From Hypanus sabinus (Eukaryota), in assembly GCF_030144855.1 (NCBI RefSeq), contig NC_082728.1:7688001-7752000 (forward strand): a stretch of DNA of 64,000 bases, in the 5' to 3' direction. Below, piece by piece: positions 12,434-24,499 of this stretch; the stretch's first letter is position 1, and every line of letters starts with the position of its first letter. A program made the position numbers and the translations under genes. The notes under the pieces are model-generated. The model worked only from the letters and a program-made list of their open reading frames with translations. It was not told the DNA's origin and searched no databases.

Positions 12434-13709
12434 TAGTTATCTACTATAAGCCTATAGACTCTCACAGCTACCTGGACTATTCCTCTTCCCACCCAGTCTC
12501 TTGCAAAAATGCTATCCCCTTCTCCCAATTCATCCGTCTCTGCCGCATCTGCTCTCAGGATGAAACTTTTCATTCCAGGATGAAGGAGATGACTTCCTTT
12601 TTTAAACAAAGGGGCTTCCTTTCTTCCACCATCAACTCTGCTCTCAAACGCATCTCTCCCATTTCCCGCACATCTGCCCTCACCCCATCCACCCGCCACC
12701 CCACCTGGGATGGAGTTCCCCTTGTCCTCACCTACCACCCCTCCAGCCTCCAGGTCCAAGGTATAATTCTCCATAACCTGCCACCTCCAACAGAATCCCA
12801 CTACCAAACACATCTTTCCCTCTCCCCCTTCTGCTTTTCGCAGGGATCGCTCCCTACGCGACTCCCTTGTCCACTTGTCCCCCCCATCCCTTCCCACTGA
12901 TCTCCCTCCTGGCACTGATCCTTGTAAGTGGAACAAGTGCTACACCTGCCCTAACACTTCCTCCCTCACCACCATTCAGGGCCCCAGACAGTCCTTCCAG
13001 GTGAGGCGACACTTCACCTGTGAGTTGGCTGGTGTGGTATACTGTGGTGCTCCCAGTGTGGCCTTTTATATATTGGTGAGACCCGACACACTGAACACCT
13101 ACGCTCGGTCCGCCAGAGAAAGCAGGATCTCCCAGTGGCCACACATTTTAATTCCACGTCCCATTCCCATTCTATCCATCATTCTGCCAAAATGAATCCA
13201 AACTCAGGTTGGAGGAACAACACCTTATATACTAGCCTCCAACCTGATGGCATGAACATTGACTTCTCTAACTTCCGTTAATGCCCCTCCTCCCCTTCTT
13301 ACCCCATCCCTGACATATTTAGTTGTTTGTTTTTTTTTCCTCTCTCTCTGCCCATCACTCTGCCTGTTCTCCATCTCTCTCTGGTGCTTCCCCCCCCCCC
13401 CTTTCTTTCTCCCGAGGCCTCCTGTCCCATGATCCTTTCCCTTCTCCAGCTCTGTATCACTTTTGCCAATCACCTTTCCAGCTCTTAGCTTCATCCCACC
13501 CCCTCGGGTCTTCTCCTATCATTTCGCATTTCCCCCTCCCCCCACTACTTTCAAATCTTACTATCTTTCCTTTCAGTTAGTCCTGACGAAGGGTCTCGGC
13601 CTGAAACGTCGACAGTACTTCTCCTTCTAGATGCTGCCTGGCCTGCTGTGTTCCACCAGCATTTTATGTGTGTTGTTTGAATTTCCAGCATCTGCAGATT
13701 TCCTCATGT
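12434..13709 (+). mobile_element. Penelope-like retroelement, 5'-truncated (RT C-terminus, GIY-YIG endonuclease remnant, 3' UTR)
   Basis: IYYKPIDSHSYLDYSSSHPVSCKNAIPFSQFIRLCRICS; CKWNKCYTCP...FTCELAGVVYC; 13-bp TSD TTGGTCTTGATGA at 12421-12433 and 13710-13722; frameshifted. Confidence 0.9.
13579..13614 (+). ncRNA. Minimal type I hammerhead ribozyme in the Penelope 3' region
   Basis: GTC-CTGACGA-AGGGTCTCGGCCT-GAAA-CG-TC-GAC: intact CUGANGA and GAAA core, stem II hairpin, GUC cleavage triplet, stem I GUC/GAC, stem III reduced to the palindrome ACGU. Confidence 0.75.
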
Positions 13710-14460
13710 TTGGTCTTGATGAATGTTATTTCATTTGGTGGCGTACATGTATACAACTGTGGAGAGCCTACTATAACCGCATTCTATTTACATATTAAAA
13801 TAAACTTTTATTTAATATTGCTACAGTGCTGGTCATGGGAATTATTGATGGCCAAGTGTCAATCTTCAGGAATATATGGTATTATTTATTTGTGGTAATC
13901 TCACCTTCTGTGTTGTGTGTGAATTATATATACTGTGTTGTGCACCTTGGTCCAGAAGAATGTTATTTCATGTAGTGGAATACATGTATATGGTTGAATA
14001 ACAATAAATTTGAACTTGAAGTAGACTGGCTTTGAAGATGCTTGTTGTGGTTCTACTTTGAGAGATCCATAAAGAACATAGCAATGTTTCTTTATGAAAA
14101 TATTTACTCTGTTTCATTTTTAAAATTCTGATAATTCCAGGCCTCCTGTCTTTTCCCTAGCCACTGCCTAAATTTTACAATTTCCATCCTTGATTTTAAA
14201 TTCCTTCATGGCCTTAATCCTACAATCCACTAGGTACAGTATCTATACTTCTCTAATCCAAGCATGACTTGGAGAAATTCAGTAGGTTGGGCAAAATCCA
14301 TAGAGGAAAATAACAGATGTTTTGGGCCAAGAAGAAAAGGGGCAGAAGCCAGAATAACTCCAGCATTGCCAGCTATTTCTAACCATCCCCCACCACCAAC
14401 ACCTTCCTACCTATCTTCAATCTACTGTAACTCCTTTGTTCCTTTCAAGATGCTCTTTGA

Positions 14461-15190
14461 CAGGGGTCACCAACCTTTTTTTTTGTACCGCGAACTGGTT
14501 TAATATTGACAATATTCTTGCGGACCGACCGAGGTGGTGGGGAGGAGGGGGCAGTGTGAGTGTTAATATCATCCGGAATATAGGTGATAAGTCAACTATA
14601 AGTCACTTATAAATGGCTAACACACTCAATTTCGTGTCTAAAAGGGTTTACCTAACGAATTTAATATTAAACACACAGCGCATATTTTCCTTGCATGAAC
14701 ACAGTGATAAGTCAATAGCATCATAACATTTTAAGTAACGTTTGGATATTAAACACACAGTGCATATTTTCCTCGTATGAACATATAAAATCATTGCAAC
14801 ACACTACTGAGAGTACAAAGTAAGGGCCGGAGAGAGCGACCAACCGAGTGAGGAGTGCGGGTCCTTGTAGGATCTATCGGCCCACAAAAGTTTGTTTCAG
14901 TAGATCACAGCGCGGTAGCTGCTCTGTTACTTACGAAACCCTGAACCCGAATTAGGTCGTCTGCGAATATTTTAGCACCGGGTTCCCCACGAACATTCGG
15001 TGTGCGAGAGGTTCAGAGGCGGCGCCCATCTGTCCGCGCTCCAGGCCGGTAGCAACGGCACTTCCCGCCGGCCCAGTGCTCCCTGGCGCGAGGCGGCTGA
15101 TGACCTCGCGTGAGTTCAACAGTGGGCTTGACAAGAAAGGTGCAACCGGCTCATAGCGTTTCCTCGCGGCCCGGTGGTTGGGGACCACTG
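14461..15190. mobile_element. Non-autonomous hAT DNA transposon
   Basis: TIRs CAGGGGTCACCAACC / GGTTGGGGACCACTG; perfect 8-bp TSD CTCTTTGA at 14453-14460 and 15191-15198; CpG retained, so probably young. Confidence 0.9.
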
Positions 15191-15379
15191 CTCTTTGAGA
15201 CCTAATTTACATAGCTCTTTGCCGAACACAAAGCTATTTGATAATATTCCTGTGAACCGGCTTAGCATGCTGTCATTAAATTAGCAGACTCTGCTGTTAG
15301 CAGATCAAAGGAGTTCCCGTGGTTATATGAGAACAGGAAACTTTCCCCACATCCTGTAGAAAAGTGTGAGATCAAAAAG

Positions 15380-15730
15380 TGCCTCTTCTCACCTGCCCAT
15401 CACCTGACTCTGGTGCTGCTCCTCCTTTACTGTTCCCCATGGTCAACTGTCTGCTCCTATCAGATTTTTTCTTCTTCAGCACTGCCTATCATCTCCCAGC
15501 TTCTGAATTTACCCCGCCAGTCCACCGACCTACCTTGCCCCTCAGCTGATCTCATCCATCTGTTGCCGGCTTGTACTCCTTCTCCCACTTTCTGCTCCCT
15601 TTCTTACCAGTCCTAATGAAGACTCTTGGCCCAAAACGTCTGTTATTTCCCTCTCCAGATGTTGCCTGATCTTCTGAGTTCCTCCAGAATTTTGTTGCTC
15701 AACGTTTCCAGGGTCTGCAGAATCTCTTTG
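15380..15730 (+). mobile_element. Penelope 3' UTR/hammerhead cassette, degenerate
   Basis: Pyrimidine-rich UTR, then CAGTCCTAATGAAGACTCTTGGCCCAAAACGTC and the CTGAGTTCCTCCAG tail. Confidence 0.7.
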
Positions 15731-16309
15731 ACAACAGTTTTATAACAATGGGGTAAACTCAAAAGAGCAAAGTAGGCACAAAGTGAGGTACAAAAAATAA
15801 TAACAGCCTTCTAATTAACTTTGTGGCATAACAACTAGCCAGGACATGCAATTATTGCAGATGATAATGACAGATTCAAAATTACAATAAGGTGGACTCT
15901 TAACCTCACAATCTACCTTGTTATTACAACACACCTTATTCTCTACCCTCTTTGCATTTTCTCTGTAAGAATTTATTCTGCATTCTGTTATTTTCTCTTG
16001 TACTACCTCAATGTACTGTTGTACTGAATTGATCTGTATGGCTGGCACGCAAAACAATATTTTTCACTGTACCCAGTATATTTGACAAAAAATAAACCAA
16101 TTTTCTAAGTTGTTCCAAGGTTTCATCCATTTTTCAGCTCTTCAATCCTCCGAGAACTCTGCTTTCCTCTAACTTTGGACTTGCCTTTATCCCTCCAATA
16201 GTAGCCATGCATTCAAGTGTTTAGATTTCAATACATACTCTCCCTAAACCTCTTGAAAAATGTCTTTTTCCTTGTACGCACTCCTTAAAACCTCGCAAGC
16301 TTCAGGTTA

Positions 16310-16615
16310 TAGAATCCTTGAGCATGGCTGCAAAGAAATGGGCCCTTTGGCCCATTTAGTTCATGCCAACCTGTTATTCTCATTCATCCCATCGACCTGC
16401 ATCTGGATCACAGCCCTCCATATCCTTCCCATCCATGTACCTATCCAAATTTCTCTTCAATGTTGAAAATGAACCCATATCTACCACCTCTGTTGGCAGC
16501 TCATCCATATTCTCACCAGCCTCTTTGTGTAGAATATCCCTCACTTCAAGGTTCAAAGTGTTACGCATTCACACCATCTTTATAGCACCTATCTTTCACC
16601 CCTAACCTCTGATCT
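16310..16615 (-). mobile_element. CR1 3' fragment
   Basis: Minus-strand ORF reads ...ELPTEVVDMGSFSTLKRNLDRYMD, the CR1 ORF2 C-terminus. Confidence 0.75.
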
Positions 16616-16811
16616 GTGGTGTAATAGAGTCATAGGTTATATTTGTGGGGATAAATTGCAGACCAATTACTCTTTTATGAAGTTCATTGGGAAGTTTCCT
16701 GTGGTAAAGCAACAGTGTAGTGAGAATGATTGCATTTCAGAAGGGTACATATTTTCAAATGCAAACAAATAACAAATACAATACAATCTGATAATTCAAA
16801 ACCCTCAGGAC

Positions 16812-17622
16812 TTATTGAATTGACTTTATTTCTTACATCCTTCACATACATGAGGAGTAAAAATCCTTATGTTACATCTCCATCTAAGTGTGCCATGTGC
16901 AATCATAGTAATTTATAATAAATAGAACAGTCGATGTAATATAGAGTACACTCAAATCAGCATGAGTTCATCAGTCTGATGGGCTGGTGGAAGAAGCTGT
17001 CCTGGAGCCCATTGGTCCTGGCTTTTATGCAGTGGGACTGTTTTCCAGATGGTAGCAGGTGGAATAGATAGTGGTTGGGGTGGTTTGGATCCGCAGTGAT
17101 CCTACGGTCCCTTTTTACACACCTCACATTGTAAAGGTCCTGAACTACAGATGCACTAGACTGTCTGCACCACTCTCTGCAGAGTCCTGTGATTAAGGGA
17201 GATACAGGTCCCATACCAGGCAATGATACAGCAAGTCAGGATGCTCTCAAGTGTACCCCTGTAGAAAGTTCTTAGGATTTTGGGGCCCATACCAAACTTA
17301 CTCAACTGTCTGAGGTGAAAGAGGTACTGTTCTGTTCGGTGATGTGGATGCAGAGGGACTTAAAGCTGTTTACTCTCTCAATCCCAGACCCATTGATGTC
17401 AATAGGAGTTCTTCATCTCCATTCTTCCTATAATCCACAATCAGCTCCTTTGTTTTTGCGACATTGAGGGAGAGGCTGTTTTCTTGACACCACTGTGCCA
17501 GAGAGATGACTTCTTCCCTGTAGGCCACCTCGTTATTGTTTGAGATAAGGCCAATCAATGTAGAGTCGTCGGCAGATTTAATAAGCAGATTGGAGCTGTG
17601 GGTGGCGATACAGTCATGAGTA
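16812..17622 (-). mobile_element. Rex1/Babar LINE 3' part
   Basis: LAQWCQENSLSLNVAKTKELIVDYR; DPNHPNHYLFHLLPSGK; close paralogue at 48425-49232 in the opposite orientation. Confidence 0.85.
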
Positions 17623-17938
17623 CTAAGCCGCCAGATTTCCTAGATTATTGGTTGTTATGTACACTAATGGCCAAATGCACTTTTTCATCTTTTTTTTTAA
17701 TATATTGCACAGCAGGAGAATAAATTTTCCAGTGATCCTGGCCTCTGGAAGAGAGAAATGTACTGGCATTCCAGAACCGGCCTCATCATTAAACCAGCCT
17801 GTGTGGCGACATGTGGTGCTGTGAACCCCAACATTGCCTCCAGCTGCAAACCAAACCCACATTCCACATTTCAGGCCCCTGGTTCTGTACACACATGCTG
17901 TTTACACTTTAAATCCTGGCTCAAAAGAGGTGGAGCTA

Positions 17939-18466
17939 CACTCAGTGGCCACTTTATTAGGTACACATGTACACCTGTTCATGAATCAAATATCAAATCA
18001 GTTAATCATGTGAGAACAACTCAATGCATAAAAGCAGGCAGACACAGTCAAGAGATTCAGTTGTTGCTCAGACCAAACATCAGAATGAGGAAGAAATATG
18101 ATCTAAGTGACTTTGACTGTGGTATGATTGGTGCCAGACAGAATAGTTTGAGTATCTCAGACACCGCTGATCTCCTGGGATTTTCACACACAAAAGTCTC
18201 TGGAATTTATAGAGAAAGGTGTGAGAAATAGAGCAGCAGTTCCTCGGGCGAAAACACCTAGTTAATGTGAGAGGCCAGAGGAGAATGGTCAGACAGGTTC
18301 AGGCTGACAAGAAGGTGACAGTAACTCAAATAGCCACATGTTTAAAAAGGTGGTGTGCAGAAGAGCATCTCTGAATGCCCAATACATTGAACCTTGAAGT
18401 GGATGAGTGACAGCAGCTGGTGACACCGTAATCCATTCCTGTATCTAATAAAGTGGCTACTGTGGG
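17939..18466 (+). mobile_element. Internally deleted Tc1-family transposon
   Basis: TA then CACTCAGTGGCCACTTTATTAGGTACA, with the inverted copy TGTATCTAATAAAGTGGCTACTG; transposase helix-turn-helix remnant MRKKYDLSDFDCGMIGARQNSLSISDTADLLGFSHTKVS. Confidence 0.85.
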
Positions 18467-18759
18467 TCAATTCCAGACCCTGTATTTTCAAAAATCAGAT
18501 GACAGATTATCAGAGTTTTACTATATACCTGTGAATAAATTCTCAGCATATTGAGAAACAATGCAGTGTAATGCTGTCCTGATAATGTTCTTGTGTTAAT
18601 TATTTATAGACGTTTTTATCAGTGGCCTTGATATGTTTTTGTTAACACAATCTATTTTCAAAGGACCAGAAAAAGGGTATCGGTTAAATCAGAGCACAAA
18701 AAGTTGACCAATTTTATATCAGGAACTGTAAAATATGGACATAGCTATGATTTTATTTA

Positions 18760-20930
18760 TAGAGTAATAGAAAGAACAACACAGAAACAGGTCCTTCAGC
18801 CCATCTACTCCATGCCGAACCATTTAAACAGCCAACTCCCATCAACCTGTACCAGGACCATAGCCCTCCATACCTCTACCATCCATATACCTATCCAAAT
18901 TTAACATAAACATTGAAATCAAGCTTGCATGCACCACTTGTGCTGACAGCTCATTCTACACGCTATTTCCCCTCATGTTCCCCTTAAAATTTTCACCTTT
19001 CACCCTTAACCTATGACCTCTAGTTGTAGTCCCACTCAACCTCAGTGGAAAATGCCTACTTGCATTTATCCTATCTATACCCCTCATAATTTTGAATACC
19101 TCTATCAAATCTTTAAACTTCTACGTTCCCAGGAATAAAATCCTAACCTATTCAATCTCAGGACCTCCTGACATGGCAACATGTTTGTAAACTTTCTCTG
19201 TACTCCTTTAACATTATTTAAATCTTTCTTGTGGATCAGTGACCAAACTGCACAAAATACACCAAATCAAGCCTCATTAATGTCTCATACAACTTCATAT
19301 AACATCCCATCTCCTGTACTCCTGTGTTGATACACAGTAGATGACAAACAAGACCCAGCACCTATCCCTGCAGCACTCCACTAGTCACAAGTTTTCAGTC
19401 AGAGAGGCAACCCTCTACTACCACTCGCTGGCTTCTCCCACAAATCCAACGTGTAATCCAATCCAATTTACTACCTGATCTTGAATGTCCAGTGACTGAA
19501 CCTTCATAACCAATCCTCCAATGCAGGATCTTGTCAAACGCCTTGCTAAAGTCCATGTAGACAACATGCATTTTCTTGCCTTCATCAACTCCCAGGTAAC
19601 TTCCTCAAAAAACTCTATAAGATTGTTTAGAGAGGACCTACCATGCATGAAGCCATGCTGACTATTCTAAATTGGTCCATGTTTATCCAAATCTCATATA
19701 ACTAGTCCCTTAGAATATCTTCCAATAACTTTCATACTACTGATGTCAAGCTCACTGGCCTATAATTTCCTGGTTTATTCTTAGAGCCCTTCTTAAACAG
19801 CGGAACATCATTAGCTATCCTCCAATTCTCTGGTACCTCACCCGTCGCTAAGGATGATTTAAATATCTCTGCCAAGGGCCCGGTAATTTCTGCACTTGCC
19901 TCCTGTAGGGTCTGAGGGAATGCCTTGTCAGGTTCTAGGGATTTCTCCACCCTGATTTGCCTCAAAACAGCAAACACCTTGTCTTCTGTAATCTGTATAG
20001 AGTTCATAAGTTTAAAGCTGTTTTGCCTCACTTTCCCTGTCCATCTCCTGAGTAAATAGAGATGCAAAAGATCTCCCCCATCTCTTCTGGCGCCATGCAT
20101 GAATTACCAATCTGATCTCCCAGAAGACCAATTTTGCCCCGTGTTGTTCTTTACCTTCTTTGCACCTTGTCCGCTAAGGCAACCTCATGCCTTCTTGCAC
20201 CTCATGCACTCCTGATGAAGTGTTTTGGCCCGAAACATCGTCACTACCTCCTCCCATAGATGCTGTCTGGCCTGCTGAGTTCTGCCAGCATTTTGTGTTT
20301 TTACTCATGCCTTCTTTTATCCCTCCTGATTTCTTCCTTAAATATTAATTTGTATTTCTTAAGCTCCGTAAGCACCTCATTGTTCCTACCTACCTATACC
20401 TGTAATGCACCTCCTTTTCTTCTTAACCAGGGCCTCTTAAAAACCAAGGTTCCTTACACCAGTTTATTGTTAACTTTTATTCTGACAGGTGCATACAAGC
20501 TTTATACTCTCAAGATTTCATCTTTGAAGGCCTGCCACTTACCAAGGACACCTTTGCCAGAAAACAGCCTCTCCCATCCACACTTGCCAGATCCTTTCTG
20601 ATACCATCAAAATTGGCCTTTCTCCAATTTAGAATCTCAACCCACAGACTATCTTCTTGTAAATTTACTTTGAAACTAATAGCATTTTGATCACTAGATG
20701 CAAAGTGTTCCCCTACACTAATTTTTGTCACCTGCTTTGTCTCATTCCTTAATAGCAGATCAAGAATAGCACAGTCTCTCATCGGGACTTCTATGTACTG
20801 ATTAAGGAAACTTTCCTGAACACATTTGATAATCTCTATCCCCTCAAGTCCTTTTACAGTATGGTGGTCCCAATCAATATGTGGAATGCTAAAATCACCT
20901 ACAATAACAACCTTATGGTTCTGCAATCAC
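18760..20930 (-). mobile_element. CR1 LINE ORF2 with internal deletions
   Basis: Endonuclease motifs VGDF...DW and SDQ; RT region [23 protein letters not shown]; 3' end near 18760. Confidence 0.9.
20197..20303 (+). mobile_element. Short hammerhead-containing insertion within the CR1
   Basis: 13-bp TSD CTCATGCCTTCTT at 20184-20196 and 20304-20316; CCTGATGAAGTGTTTTGGCCCGAAACATCG. Confidence 0.75.
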
Positions 20931-20969
20931 TCTAGAATTTTTTCCCTCTAAACCACTTGAAATGTTTTT

Positions 20970-21265
20970 TTTAATTATTTATTGTTTGATTGAAACATAC
21001 AGTGTGGACTACACCTTTACAGCCATGCTGCCCCAGCAACCCCAATTAATCCTAACCTAATCAAGGGACAATTTACAATGAGCAATTATCCTACGCGGTA
21101 TTTCTTTGGACTGTGGGAGGAAACCAGAGCACCTGGGAGAAACCACACATTCCATAAGGAGGACATAAAGAGACTCCTTATAGATGGCACCAGAACTGTA
21201 CTCTGAACTCTAACGACCTGTGGTGCAATAGCATTGCAGTAACCGCTAAACTACCGTGGTGCCCA
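20970..21265 (-). mobile_element. V-SINE/HE1-like SINE with tRNA-like head
   Basis: V-domain core GGACTGTGGGAGGAAACCAGAGCACC; head GGCACCACGGTAGTTTAGCGG. Confidence 0.75.
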
Positions 21266-21579
21266 ATGTGATGTTACATCACCTTCTCTGACCCTTTGAG
21301 CTGAGACTTTCACTTTGAAAATTATTTGTCATCGTTTCTACTTTGATCACAGTGTGTGAAATTAAAATTGGAAGATGAATCACAACCAATACGTTTTGAA
21401 ATATCAATAGTAAATTCTCTCTGGACTTTAAGTACCTAGGATATATTTTTAAATGTGTTTATTGAATACATCTCACAATTAAATATTTACCAGATGGAAG
21501 CTATTACCTTCATTTTCACATATTCTGTTCCTAGGTCACCAGATCCATTGGTCTCTATGTTTGAAAACTAGTACCATAT

Positions 21580-21937
21580 ATTCAGAGGATGAGAGGTGAT
21601 TTGATAGAGGTTTAGAGGTTTACAAGATGATTTGAGGCATAGATTGAGTAGACGCCAAAAACATTTTCCTTGGGAGAAATCATTTTAAGGTATTTGGAGG
21701 AATGTTAGAGGTAAATTTTTGACAGAAAATGGTGAGTGCATGGAATACCCTGCCAAATGTAGTGGTAGAGTCAGATATACAGTATTAGAGGCATTTAAGA
21801 AACTCTTAGATAGGCACATGGACATAAGGAAAGGATGTCTATGTAGGAGGGAAGAGTTCAATTGATCTTAGAGTAGGTGATAAGATTGTGGGCAGAAGAG
21901 CCTGTACTGTGCTGTAATGTTCTATATTCTATGTTCA
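21580..21937 (+). mobile_element. CR1 3' fragment
   Basis: AGAGGATGAGAGGTGATTTGATAGAGG...(TTCTAT)n tail. Confidence 0.8.
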
Positions 21938-22821
21938 TATTAATTCTGAGCTGAAAATTAAAGCTGTTTCAAATTTCCCCATGAAGAGCATCATATTAAA
22001 CTCCGTCACTACTAAATACTCTATATATGCCTGGACCATTTGGCTGTTACGTCTCATTACTCAATACTGTTATCTATTCTGAAATTGATTAAAGTATATA
22101 CCCATATTGGTTCTTCATCTTATTTGAGTATACTAGCCTTGTACCTTCCCTATATTTCATTTATACCTTACAAGCCACTCCTGAGCTATGCCTCAGAAAT
22201 GCTGAATACCCTCCCAATTTGAATTAATTGAGCCTTTTGCACCCTGTAGATTTTATTGATAAATAATTTACTGGAGTCACATTCAAACGTGTTATTGTCT
22301 AAATTGCTCTGCTGCTTTACTTTATTACTGTATGCTGATTTATTTACTTTATTAAACTTTCATTTTATAACTATTTAGTGTTTTGTCTTTGCCATCATCC
22401 CAAACTTATTTATTCTACCATTGCCTTCAACTACCAAGGCCCCAGGCACAGGAATTCTCCCCTCAAACCTCTCTACAATTGTTTTCTCCTTTAAAATCAC
22501 TAAACATTTTTGTCATCTGCCCTCATATGTGAACAAGAACATAGAACATTATAGTATAGGAACAGGCAATTCAACTCACTAATCCCATCTCCCTGTACAT
22601 GGTCCATTTCTCTCCAGTCCCGACATGTTCATGTTCCTGTCTAATGGCTCCTAAATACCTCTATTGTTATCTGCATCCATTACTTCTCCTGGTAACATCG
22701 TCCAGGGATGCAGCACTTCCTGTTAAAAAAAACTTGCCCTGCAGGTCTCCATTAAACTTCCCTTTTCTCACCTTAAAGCTATGTCTATTAATAGACATTT
22801 ATATCCTGGGAAAAAAGGCTA

Positions 22822-23210
22822 TTTGTGGGTGGCAGGGTGGAGATACATCTCTACCAAAGGAGGTGTAAGGCACTCCTTCCCTCTGCTAGCTTGCAGGTCA
22901 CCCTTGGGCAAGGTGTAATACCTGCATAGCTGCCCAATCACAGTCACGTGAATCCATGGGACCAGGAGGCAGATGATCATATGAGCAACTGGTTCATATC
23001 GCAAGTCTTGGTTATGCAATCACTGACACCAGGTAGACAATCTATGAAGAGTACTGGTAATGGCTGGGGTCACCCATCTTGTAAAGACACTGCCCAGAAG
23101 AAGACAATGGCAAACCACTTCTGTAGCAAAAATTTGCCAAGAACAATCATGCTCATGAGACCATAATCACCCATGTCATATGACATGGCACATAACAATG
23201 ATGATGATCA
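22822..23210 (+). mobile_element. SINE with an RTE-like 3' end and (ATG)n tail
   Basis: AATGGCAAACCACTTCTGTAG motif; reverse-complement copy at about 62305-62583. Confidence 0.6.
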
Positions 23211-23344
23211 CTACTATCAGAAAGTGATCATAAAGTTTTGTTTGTTAATGCCAAATTAAAATAGGGTTATTTTTCAGGAACCATTATATTAGAACAGATT
23301 GAAAAATATTCAGATGATAATTCTTCAACCACAAATGTTAACTA

Positions 23345-23535
23345 TAAATAGAAGAGATTCTGAACATGCTGGAAATCCAAAATAGCACACCAAAATGCTG
23401 GGGAACTCAACAGGTCAGGCAGCATCTGGGGAGGTGAATAAACAGTCAATGTTTTGGAGTGAGACCCTACATCAGGACTGGAAAGGAAGGGGGAAGAAGC
23501 CAATGTAAGAAGGTGGGAGGTGGTGGGGAGAAGGA
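23345..23535 (-). mobile_element. Penelope-derived hammerhead cassette
   Basis: Reverse complement reads CAGTCCTGATGTAGGGTCTCACTCCAAAACATTGACTG plus the family tail. Confidence 0.75.
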
Positions 23536-24499
23536 GATCACAGAACTGGCAAGTCTGGTTGAACACATAGCCAAAGACTCTGAGGGCAGTAGGGATTACA
23601 GTGAGGGAGCAGTGATGTTATCTGCTTCTCTTTCCACATACACAGTCTGTACATTTCTAGTGTTTTCTGATTTCAAGAAGACAAGAAAATAGGAGCAGGA
23701 GTAGAGCATTCAGCCTGTCAAACCTGCCCCACCCCATTCAGTATGATCATGGCTGGTCTATGCTGGCCTCAAATCCCCAACTGTGCTTTTCTCTACATCT
23801 CACCATTCCTCCATTTTTCCTGTGTTTATTGCATTTGGTTGGCTTACAAATGATTTTGCTTGTACTGTCCATGGGGACATAATTCCATGGATTTATCATC
23901 CTCTTACGGGATCAATTCCTAGCACCTTAGTTTTATGTAAACATCTCTTTATTTGGCGGCCTTCGTTCCCATTTCCAACACCTGCTTTTGCTTATTGTTC
24001 TTGCAGGTAGATATTAAATCAAATCAGCAAAAAGCTTTGTCAAAAAGCCAGGTTTTAAGGGATGATTTAAAGAAAGAAAAAAAAGGGTTTGAGGGAGGGA
24101 ATTCCGGTGTTTGATAATTAATCATTTGAATGCAAGATGTCTGCGTTGAAGAGATTTGATGTTACTCATTAGCAGACGTTCACACACCTTAATGATACAC
24201 TTCGGAGTTATACTGACAATCATTTTTACATCCAACAATTAAAACTTGTTCTGAAACAATTTCCAACGGCAGCAGAAATTGAAGTTGGTTCCACAGAAGA
24301 AGCCGCAACTGATGCCCTTGAAGGAATTTCTATCAAAAGTGTACCTGCTTTGATGTTTTCTTAAATGGTTTCAGCTAATAAATACAAGTTGATTTTATTA
24401 ACTGGATCCGTTCAATGTTTGTTTTTTAATCAAAATAAGCAACCCATTGTACAGTTTATGGTAATAATAAATTTCTCGCAGTTAATTAAAAACATATTT

